A DNA stretch of 64,000 nt, taken from NCBI GenBank assembly GCA_965637545.1, contig OZ281495.1, forward strand, positions 4,154,001-4,218,000, written 5' to 3'. Source of the DNA: Phallusia mammillata (Eukaryota). Of the stretch, positions 34,463 to 45,805 are shown one piece after another (positions within the stretch are counted from its first letter, which is position 1; each line of letters opens with the position of its first letter). Position numbers and translations under genes: made by a program. The notes under the pieces were generated by a model. It did no database searches, was not told the DNA's origin, and was given only the letters and a program-made list of their open reading frames with translations.

Positions 34463-37422
34463 ATGGAATCGCCGATGCAAAAAATGTTGCCTCCTGATCT
34501 GTATGAAGATGTTGTGGAATTGGAAAAAGCTTTCTCGATGGAAAAGCTTCAAACCATGACTAACAGTGAAATCCCAACTTGGAAAGGTTTTAGGTTCCCT
34601 CCCCACTTTACACCAGAGCTGGTACAGTTTGCTTACGACAACTGGTCACTGAAAGAAGAAGATGTCCTGCTTGCTTCGTTCCCCAAAACTGGTGAGACTT
34701 GATTGGTCTAATCCTGATATTTACCGGTTAAAACGGCGTTTAAGTTGCAAGATTTTGTAGCATTTTACGTTGTGTAGTACTCATCATGCAATATAGTTGC
34801 TAAACGTGCAAGTTGGTAAGATATTGAATTCGGCTTATTTCCCTTGGTGAGAGCAAACATAGCGACACAAAGGCACTAAACCAGGGGCGTCCAACACGAA
34901 AGCACCGCCGTGCCAATCTAGGTTTTAAAATATACCCTCGTGCCAACGTTTGCTAGGCCTACTTTTTCCAAACCATGTCTTAAACGTCTTAACGGTAGAA
35001 AAAAATATGTTGTCAAACGCGAGTACGGAGTAAACTTGTTTACGATATTTCAGAAACCTTTTATAACATACCATGTTGTTTAAAGGGCAGAATCCATAAT
35101 ATGGAATATAATACGACAGCATAAAGGCCCGGAATTATCCAGAATTCGACAGTTTCAAGCGCCTCAAAGTAGACGAATCGAGTCTAAAAACGACCAATTT
35201 AATTAGTGGATTTGTGTAACCTTGATACTGATCATCTTTACTAAAGTTAGAATAAAAGCCAAAATGAATCCATAGAAACATAATAATTGCGTGACAAATC
35301 CTAATGTTTACCATCTGAATGTCCAAAAATTGCGTGCCATTTTCAAATGCTCTGCGTGCCACTTTTGGCACGCGTGCCACGTGTTGGACACCCCTGCACT
35401 AAACAGTAACCAAGCCGAAAACAGCAGCACAACGGTAAAACGTTATGGAGAGCAAAATGTGGATGACATAATTGGTCGACATTGGCTGAACGCGCTGCTG
35501 CTCTGTTACTACAAATGTGAGCCCCCGTTATGTAGCCGTTGAGATTGGGGGAAGTTAAAAGAACCATACTGGGGACTAATAGGAAACTACTAAAACTCTA
35601 CACCATATCTTTACTGGAGATAAATCTTTCATAAAAACAACGTCACCTGTGTAGGTACGAATTGGATGATTACAACCTTACGTCGCCTTTTGTACAACGA
35701 GGAGGAATTAGATTTGGTTAAAGACCTTCCTATGAGCTTGACATTGCTTGAAGCTGGTGGAGGTGAGATTGGGTTGAATATCGTTGTTTCTTTGCAAATT
35801 TATCATTCTATCTTGGCTACATGTTTCTGCGCAGGCAAGAAGCTCGACATACTTGACATACCGCCTTCCGATCAACCGACGAATAATCTCGACCCACATG
35901 CCAGCAGAACTAATCAACCTCGAGAAGATAAAGGAAAATTATGCGAAGGTAAAAAATATTCTGCTGTTTGCAGGGTTCAGCTGCAGACCGGCTACAGTAT
36001 TTACAGCTTGCATCCAGTCGGAAGTTCATATTCCAAACCAGAACATGTTGTTGAACATTCTACACAGAACTTTGACTCCCAACGTTGAAACATTCCGTTG
36101 CCTGCTTGTTGCAAACAACAAATCTTTTCTACATAAACCTGAGTTATCAACTTAATACCAGGTTTTCGTATGTCGAGTAAACTGTTCAAACGAAATAAGC
36201 AATTACCGGCTTAAGAAAGGGTTGGGAAATTGGAGGGACATCGGCACCCCAGAGTTAGTTATTTCGATCATTCTATTAAAACGTTACATATACCAGAAAA
36301 TGATTGTTTCATGTAAACTCACAGGCCTGACAGTGTATTCCGCCTAAATAAAACACACAACTTCTAAAAGTTACGTCGTGGGCTGTACAAAAACTCCAAT
36401 ACTGCTTGTGAATGTGTTGAGTCTTTGCTTGCTCAAAACGTTTGCAGAAAAAATGGCAGAAATTTACCACGGATTGATTTTTATCGCTAGGTGGTGTGCA
36501 TGATGCGGAACCCAAAGGATCAATTGGTTTCCTGGTATCACTTCTCACAGAAACTTTTTGGCAAAAATCAAACAATGGGAGAAATGGTCAACAATGGCTG
36601 GGAGAAGTTTTTTAACATCGCCGTTAATGGTACGAATAATGACGTAATTAGAGTAAATTCGTAACTTCAACATTCAATTATACACTGAGTGACATTTATT
36701 TTTTAATTTAGCATAATTTAAGAAATATTAATGCGAAGTCAATTTCCAAGCAAGGTTTTTTGATTTTCTGTGACCTGCTTGTTGCTCTTTAGGTAATCTC
36801 CCGTCAGGTACTTTACCTGGTGAATGGTATCCGCACCATCTTCTCTCCTGGTACAAACATAAAGATCATAAAAACTTTTATTTCGTCTATTACGAGGATT
36901 TAAAGAAGGTTTGTTTGGTTGAAATGTTGTTCTGAGTTCGATCAGAACGTTCGTGTTTAAATGCAGGACTTCAATAAGGAACTCTGCAATCTTGCGGAAT
37001 TCCTGGGCGTGGAAATAACGGAAAAACAAGCTTCGAAAATCGAGGAAAAGTGTTCGTTCGGAAACATGAAACAGGATATCTCGTCGTATTCCAATAACGC
37101 GAAAATGTTTCAAGCTGCTAATTTGCGTAAAGGTCAGTTGCTGTGATGATGTAAATGTTTGATGACGTCATTGTGCGGTGAATGATGTCAAGATACATAA
37201 GTTAAGGTGAAAAAATGTAACGGTTGTCTCCATAATAGATTAGGGTAAATGGGGGATTTTGCTCCAATCTTCTAACAAATTTGTTTAGCCTAATGTGATT
37301 TTTATTTAGGCGAAGTTGGTGATTGGAAAAATTATTTTACCGTCGCCCAATCGGAACTTGTTGATCAGAAAATCAAAGAATGCCTCGGTTCAACTGACGT
37401 CACATTCACCTATTGTTTGTAA
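34463..37422 (+). pseudogene. Cytosolic sulfotransferase (SULT family) with an apparent +4/+1 frameshift in exon 35835-35948
   Basis: Exons 34463-34691, 35655-35762, 35835-35948, 36491-36629, 36793-36908, 36967-37132, 37310-37422. Motifs FPKTGTNW (5'-PSB), RRIISTHMP, RNPKDQLVSWYHF (3'-PB), YYEDLK, RKGEVGDWKNYFTVAQSE. The third coding exon is 114 nt but its flanking phases need length 2 mod 3. Confidence 0.8.
34882..35396. mobile_element. hAT MITE in SULT intron (515 bp)
   Basis: TIRs caggggcgtccaacacg / cgtgttggacacccctg; 8-bp TSD cactaaac on both sides. Confidence 0.9.
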
Positions 37423-38814
37423 ATTGATTGTCACGTCACATCTTAGTGACGTCATACCCTTTTGTCATATTTGCCATAGCTTAAGATTTCATAATGTTTT
37501 GTTGTAATGACGTCAATAATGCAAACAGAAAATAGAATGACATCACAGTGTGATTGTGACGTACCAATACTCTCCTATTAATGTATGACGTCACTATTTG
37601 GCGTATTATTTATCAACGTTATTGCTGTGTGTAGCTTGTGTTGTACACCTTGTTAATTTTTTTGACGTTCTTTAAGTAATTACATAAAATTACATCTTTA
37701 TGAAATTTAAATGTCCCATGTATTGTATTTTTGTTGATGTTTAACAACAATTGATGCTTCAGCTCCATTTTGTTCAATGTAGATTCTATTTACTGAAAAA
37801 CGTATCGATGTTTTCATCTTCATGGCTAATGTACAAATTCGGTCCGCACTTTAATCTTTATGGTGTAAAGTTGTCATACGAGTCTATTGTCGTTAGAGGG
37901 GAAAAACAATTCTGAAGCTTTTAACAAACTAATTTTTTTTCAATCCTATACTTTTGATGTTGGGAATAAAATTGTCGAGATCTCGGCGGCTATTAAATAC
38001 CAGGAACACGTCATCGACATAATGGTGCATGCTTGTAAGACAGAGGTGGCCCGGCGTTCTTTCAATGGCTGTGGTGATGATAGTTCATAACAACATCTGC
38101 CATCAACTACTGTATAAGCGAGCCTATTACCACCCCATCGATCTACTTTCACAACTCGCCGTTAAACTTAAAAGTAGTCGTTTTGCAAGCCCATGTGAGC
38201 AGTTTTTACATTTATTTCGCTTCACCGATTCTGTCTGGAAAACGAAACATTTCTTCCATGTTTAATTTCACAGTACAAACGCATTTTGAAGCACCAAGCC
38301 AAAAGATTCAATGCATCAAATTGTACTCTGTCCGGAATGCCAACGCAAACTTATTTGTTATCCTCGCTAACCGTCGTTTGGTTTTTATGACACGGCCGCC
38401 ATCCATTGTAGTTACAAAGCAGGTACTGAAACGATAACAATATCAAAACAGGAACAAGTCTTTCCCATTACAACACAAAGGTTTGTCATGTGGGATAAAA
38501 GATTTTTTCTGGTTGAAGTTAAGGTTGGTATATTTTACTCAGCATAGGTTTACGTGTCTACAAAATGGCAGATGAAAAACTACGAAGTTGAATAAGTGCA
38601 AACATAAAAACCTTATGTATGGTTTAATAGTAGGAGGCATAGTTAGTTGATGAAGATTAAATGTGCTGAAAGTCAAATGATGACACCACTCAAAGTAGCT
38701 GTTGTTCTGAAACTTTCCTAACTTTAACAGACAAACACATGTAGCAGACGGATTGAACGGTTTTTGAATTTTGAACCATAATTGCTGGATGAGAAACTGA
38801 CAACACAATTTACA

Positions 38815-41800
38815 ATGGGGGTAAATATGTTTGTTCATGTAAACTATCAAAAACAAAGATTATTCAAACGATTAAAAATCGGATTTAAATACAACTGATA
38901 TAAAGAAAAAATAGCAAAGATATTGACAGATGTGGTAAATTTATGTTGTACCCTTACCACACATCATGAAAAAGTCACTTGGTAACTGTTAAATTAGCTG
39001 CAAAACATGTTGGATTTTAATAAAAAATAAAACCACAAACAACACCTAAAATATGAGAATTCAACCCGCAACAGAATATAATTTCTTATTTGGTTACTAA
39101 ACTTTGACTCCCAACTTTATTGTGTAATAGGAAGTTCAAACATGCGAACCAGACAAGATCAGTTGTTATCTCGGTAAGAGCGGCTTGATTGGCTACGGCG
39201 GATTTTCCTCTGTCTGGCTCGGAAGAATGGACAACAAGGATGTTGCAGTAAAATGTATTAATGTAACGTCAGGACCCGAAGGAATTCTACATACCAAAAA
39301 ACGGTACGTTGCTTATTATAACTTAAAACAGTAACATGGTGTAAAAGATAGTGAACCAGGCCTAGCGAAGGCGTTAAAACGATTTGGCTGGTCACCAAGC
39401 ATTCCCACATATGGCGGGGCAATAGGCGAACCGATTTGTATATTAGTATGCCGTGATCGTTGGTCTTCGGGTACGCTTCAGGATTGATTCGAGTAATGAT
39501 TTTTTGATCATCGTATAAACGCAAAAACTATTGCATTATACAACCATACCACGCGTCACCGAATTTGGGCACGTCGCGCAAGTTAATACAAGTCGGTTAA
39601 ACATTGACTGGTGTTTAAACTGCCCGTTTAATTGATTTCAATTTTAGAGTTTTGAAAGAGTTCGAATTGCTTTGGAAGGCAGATCACGAAAACATCGTAA
39701 AAGCATTCAAACTGACGCAATGGGATAGAAACAACTGGATGGCCATAGTGACGGAATACTTGCCCTGCGGTGACCTTGAGAAGTTATTGTTTGACCCAAG
39801 CTACAGAAAAACGCGAATCAGCTTTCCTTTGCGTCTGCGATTGATTTATCACGTCACAAAAGGGGGGTATTTACACAATCTTCCTGAAGGCGGTCACGTG
39901 GTTCATGGTGACCTAAAGTGCAACAACATTTTGCTGACGGTCAATCTTACGTGCAAAATTGCAGACTTCGGCAGCGAGTTTTTGGTAAACAGTGATGACG
40001 AAGAAGGGCATAAAGGCACGCATGTTCCGTTTACAATAACTTATGCTGCTCCGGAGCTTCTCACTGAAAAGGTGCTTCCAAGCACATTGACTGACGTCTA
40101 CAGCGTAGGTTTAATAGTAGAGGCCGTACTGTTTCGTTCTTCTCCATTTTCACGTGTACTAGAAAGTCCACCCAGCACCAATCATGTCGAATGGTTAAAG
40201 GCGGCGGTGTTAAATGAAACACCATTTCCTAAAGAGCTATGCACACTGGTACACAACGAAGCAAACGTAATGGGATACACAGATTTAGTTGTTGAGATCG
40301 AAGCCGAGGCGAAAAAATGTCGGAATCAAATGCCGAATGACCGTCCACAGATTACACATGTCCGTGAAAAATTTTGCTCTTTACTGGAGAAATATTCCCC
40401 AAAGAGACAGGACATACAAGCGGTCAGTAAGATGCTGAAAGCTGGACCCAAATCTGCCCGAGATGAAACCGAGTTAGTTCCGCTATCTCGGTTTTGTCCC
40501 GCAAACATGGGTGTGTTTCCAAATCGACACATCGATATTCAGCAGTCAAAGATTACAAGAAGAGGAAAAAAAGCTGGGGGACGAAAGAAGCAATCGAAGA
40601 AACAAGTTAAAAAAGCGATATTACAAAGATTGTCATTGGGTACGTGACAAACCTTGAGCGTGCCATGCTAATATTTAAAACATGTCAAATATCGTTCGAA
40701 TATCCTTACTTCATTGGCTCACTTTATACGTCGAGTAAATAAATACAAGGCTATTTATTACAGAATATGACGAATGCTTATTGCCCTTTTTATGAGATTT
40801 TAATTACATTTTGCAAAATTCAGTGTGCGTTGATGATAATCTGGATCAAAAACAAAGTGCGACAGGAAAAGATTTGGAAGCTGCACCAAGAAAAAACAGA
40901 CAACGCGCAGCAGAAAAGAGTGACGCTTATACCCACGAAATTGAAATTCATACCAATAAATCTTCTACTTCCCCAAAATTACGAGCAGGTCAGTAATAAA
41001 ATTTCAACATTCGCACCAAATCACCCGGTAGTGCAGATTTGTCAGTTTAAAAATGCGATAGAAGTAAACTTGGTACCTTGTTCAAATCTTGCACGTAACG
41101 CGTTGATTTTGTTGTTTAAAAGTTTCATCCAAATTGCATTTACTTTACATTGCGTTCAAGTTGTCCTTAAATATTGGCCTGATCAAGTAAATAATTCCAA
41201 GCTTTTTTCGACAGAAAATGACGAACTTCCACTCAAAGAGTTGTTGCAATCTGACCGTCGCCCTGTTAAAGATCACAAAGAGGTTGTTTCACTTGATAAA
41301 CCCACTTTTGAAGGTAACACAATAATTCTGTGGTGATAATGTTGAGCAAAACTAAAGTGAGGCAACAGGAAGAAATTGACATCAACACTTTCTTCACTTT
41401 GCCATTGAGTTTTTCTTTAATGTTGACCCGATTAAATCGTCCAGCAAATAACTCTGGGATTGCTTTCTTCAGAGAATGTAAAGCGCTTCAGTGTGGAGGC
41501 ATCGCAGCCCGAACCTCACCCTGTTGAAAAAGACAAAGAAGTCATTCTGTGGGACCAACAAAGCCCTGAAGGTAAACATATTCTAAGCTTCTTTTCTATC
41601 ACTTTGACAAGTATTAATTTCACATATTTTTAAATTTTGCCTACCGCACTGACTCTTCAACTGATTTAGATAAGTGATAAAAATTCACCTGTGACACAAA
41701 AATGTTGGTTGATATAATTTAAACTAAAAAAAACATTAAAAAAATAACGAAAACCCGTACTTGGCCTCACAATTTGTTTTTAACGTTATTTATTCGATCT

Positions 41801-42863
41801 TTTTAGAGTCAGCGCAACGTATCCCTTTCATACAAAGCTTGCCGTCAACAGGTTAGTGATGGGTCAAATACGAAACGAAACAAAAGCAAAGAATAAAACG
41901 TCGCACAAAATAGATTTACAGCAACGAATCGACCGTGTTTGATTTATTTCTTTTTAGTCTTCTTGCGTCAGATTTACAATCTACTGCAGATTCAGTGTGT
42001 TTGGTTGACGATCCCGGCACCCGACAAGTTGTAAGTAAGGAGAAAAAATTGTCACCAACATCAACCATAAACAAAAAACTTGGAGAGGATAAAATTACAA
42101 CAGAAGACACTCATGTGTTAGTCCAAACAGACAGCGTCCCCTCTACACAAGCTGCAACAGCAGGTGGGCAGTTAAAGTAAAATAATAAAAAATCACACAC
42201 ATATTCAGGAACAAACGATTGCATCACTTGTAAAAAAATATGTCTATTCATGACGCCCATCTCTGAAAAAATTCGACATTGAAAAAATAATCGTCATTGA
42301 CATAAAAACAACTATTAAACCGAAGTATCTGTTTGTGCTTCAAAGACACGTGTTTTTTTTAGTACATTTGGATGAGAATCTTGGCAAAGATCAACAAACA
42401 GGTGTGGTTAGTATGGAGGCATTGCAAACTAAAGTGGAAACTAATATAAGACATAGGAATAGGAAAAACGCAAGACAACGCCACCAGTTTGACGTTTCAC
42501 CAAACAACATTTGCTCGTCAGCAGGTTAGTAGTAAAATTTGAATCAATAAAGAACCTTTAGAAACACTGCTTGTAAATAGTTATTGCCTATAATTTTGAA
42601 CAACCTATATGAACTGATTACCGCGTTAATAGTTTTTTGACCAAATTAATGCACAACTGTTTGTGGTGTAATTACATATTTTCAGATAATTGCACATTTG
42701 GAATGTTTAGATGGGACACCCAGCATCAGAAGAAAACAAAACAGCAAACGGCAAACAAAGACCAAGGGAAATGAAAAACACAGCAGGAAAATTAATACAA
42801 CACAGAACAAACGGGCCAAAGCGAAGAGAAATAAAAATTCCTCATTGCATACCCCGTCAGCAA
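38815..42863 (+). CDS. K4: RIPK-like TKL kinase with a long multi-exon basic/low-complexity tail; last exon unresolved
   Basis: ATG GGG|gtaaat at 38815-38820; exons 39131-39303 (GYGGFSSV, VAVK), 39648-40639 (HGDLKCNN, DFG, TITYAAPE), then phase 1-1 exons 40824-40988, 41215-41313, 41473-41571, 41807-41851, 41972-42163, 42363-42524, 42711-42863, all open. Confidence 0.85.
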
Positions 42864-44010
42864 GTTAGTGAAAATCGTCATTAAAACACAATAACATTCG
42901 TGCACAAAGGGCAGTGACTGATTTCAGTAAACATGCCGTGGATTTGCACTGGTTTGGGTAGTTTTATGGCCACGATTTAAAGGTCTTTCTGCACTAGTAC
43001 CTCGCCAACTGCAAACCTAGTAAATTTTGCATTAAGGGTTCTGTACAATTGTGCACTATTAATAAACAGCACAGTCACAGACTGACAGAAAAAAAAACTA
43101 ACTTAAAATATCTACACACAGTTTAAAAAATAACCGACAAATTTTAATTAAAACATGTTACTAATTTTTATATAAAATAAAAACTTATTTGTGATTGCAG
43201 TATCAACCGTGAGATGGTCTGTTCTGATCCGGATAACCTTAGTAAGTAACCTTATGTTTCACCCTGCAATGACAATGATTCTAACCGACTGAGTTACTGA
43301 ATTACAGGTTGCCTTTGTATTGGTTCTAATATGGATACTTGGTCAACGGGATTAGAATTTGCCTCCAGAATGTTTAGTCAAGCAACAGAATTCTGTGAAT
43401 TACTATGTTTTCAGCCCTTTTGACAAATGCATCATGTGACATAAAAATATAACAACCAATTTCATGTACTTCAATATTGGCCTGTAACAATCGTGAAAGA
43501 CACGAAGCAATGACGTCAAAAATGAAGCACCTATAACTGTATCAAAAAGAGTGCAGTGCACAACTGTAGATCCGCATAGTTCATCTTTGACGTTTTACCA
43601 AATTTTGGTATGGTTCCTGATTACGTATTTGGCAAATCCCCGTTTTATAAACAATTAATAAACAACATAATTGTTAACAATTTTAAAAATTAAAAAAGTT
43701 GAGAAAATCAGCTTATTAGTCTGCGAAAACAAGTTTTGACTTGCCGAAGATGAAACCTGTTTACTTATAAACTGTTTTAATTTTGCGTCATTAAAAATTC
43801 TCGTGTAAAACGTTTGTTCAATGCTTATCACTTAATTAATAAAAATAACCTATATTGTGTGCCAAATCAACTGGCAAAAAAAGGATTTAATTTTAAGGTG
43901 CGTTGTATTTCTGTGCAATAGCTTCTTGTTTTTTATCACTCACTTAATTAATAAAAATAACCTTAATTATCTATTGCAAAACGTCCTAACAAAATGACCA
44001 TGTTCTAGTG

Positions 44011-44329
44011 CAGGGATGCATATCCTACGGCCGTAGGGCCACATGCGTTCTCAGAGAAGAGTTTGCGCGGCCGTGAATATTTTTGTTGAAACACGTGTAC
44101 TGGCGGCCGTGACGTATATACAATTCTTTTGCTAAATAACAGTAGAGGCTGATCGTCAGACTGGGCAGCTAAATTTGTGCGTCAAGGTAAAATTAATCTG
44201 GCCTTTTCTGGTGTCATTACATTTCTTTACATCAGTAATTTACTAATTTAAAACAAAAATACTTGACAACCGTTAGTAAAAAAAAGATCTGCTATGCAGC
44301 CGTCATAGCAAGGAGGTTGTGCACCCCTG
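44011..44329. mobile_element. Older hAT MITE
   Basis: cagggatgcata... / ...gttgtgcacccctg; TSD degraded (ttctagtg versus gtttattg, 5/8). Confidence 0.6.
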
Positions 44330-44374
44330 GTTTATTGCAACTCGAAAAAAAAAGAATAGTAGCAAAATGGCATA

Positions 44375-44787
44375 CCGTATTTGCTCGATTATAAGCCGCG
44401 GCTTATATTGTTTTTTAGCTGCCGTTTGTGCGGCTTATAATCGAGGGCGGCTTACAATCGAGGGCGGCTTATATTTTAATTCTATACCGAAATCATTTCT
44501 ACACTCCAACATCTTAAATTTTTTGGGGTTCAAAACATGTATGCGTGTACAGATTATACGTCGATATACGTTCTGTTGGGTACACTTATCAACGTAACTA
44601 ACAGATATGGGCAAATAGTCATACCATATAACTACAGAAAGATGTATAAGGAAACAATTGTATCTCATATTCCAGCGTGCGTCTTACAATCGGGGGCGAC
44701 TTACATTATTTTTTTAACACCTCAACATGCGGCTTACAATCGAGGGCGGCTTATAAACGAGGGCGGCTTACAATCGAGCAAATACGG
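44375..44787. mobile_element. Tc1/mariner (pogo-like) MITE, 413 bp
   Basis: TIRs ccgtatttgctcgattataagccg / cggcttacaatcgagcaaatacgg flanked by TA; internal repeats ggcttacaatcgagggcggc. Confidence 0.85.
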
Positions 44788-45805
44788 TATGCTTCTAAAC
44801 TAGTCCACAGTGCTCGAGGTGGCACATAGGCCTAAACATGCGCATGATAACTGGTATTCGAATTTCTATGTAAAAATATGTTACTCAAATTGGACCAGAA
44901 AATAAACAGCAAACAAACGCAAACGCAACTAAAATAGGAACGGGACTAAAAGTTTAAAACGATATTACACGCTGCTTTAAACTTTTCAGTCCACAAACGT
45001 TTAAAACAAAAGTATGCGCTATCCAAGTGCAATTGAAAGTCCCGTTAGGCTGTGTTCACTCATTCGGAACGCGTATGAACAATCACAAAATGGTACTTTG
45101 TGGCAAAAATCGTACATCCTGCGTGGTACTGATTACACATGAAAACTTCAGAAACGATTTAATGTTTAATATCGGCTCGGTTCGGTAATATCGTTAACTG
45201 TTGACAGCTGAAGATATGTTTGTTTTTGATATTCATATGAATCTGTGTGATTATGGTTCAAAATTGCAAGCCACGGTGATGACATTCCTCCGGTATGCAC
45301 TGGTTTGTGGTGAAGTTGTACCAGAACGAACATGACAGCATTCAACGAAACAGTCAACAAAAAACTGTTTCAGCAGATTTCCAGATGGAGATCTATATCA
45401 CTTGTCACCTGCACAGAGACATTTTTTACAACCGAAGTTCGACTACCTAAGGTATTACGCAACTCAATGCAACATTTCTTGAATAGTTTAGAAGGGCGGG
45501 TTCAAGCTGTCCTGCCCAACGTGCGTATACTGGCTGCGAAATGTCAACGATATTGCGTGTGTTGACTTAGTAATATTTTGATGAACTGTTTAGAACTGGG
45601 TTTAATGTGATATGGTGTTTTGCTGTGGTGTTTCATCACTAAGCAAACGTTGACTGTGCTATGTTGTAATTTGAGTTCATTAAAGTTAATCAAAGAATGT
45701 GGCCTGCAAGCCTAAAGAAGTTACTCAATATTGTATATTGAAGTCATACTAAATATTACATGCCCAGTTCTGTTGTAAAGTACTGGATGATTTTTTTTAC
45801 AGATT

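Noticed and set aside
35666-36155. 140-aa and 123-aa ORFs as separate genes
   Set aside because: They are the two frames of the frameshifted SULT exon plus intron read-through.
36068-39115. Shared 16-mer aactttgactcccaac (36068 and 39100)
   Set aside because: No flanking homology; both are intronic; chance or an uninformative remnant.
40767-41336. 189-aa ORF downstream of K4
   Set aside because: Crosses K4 tail exons and introns mostly out of frame; only its end coincides with exon 41215-41313.
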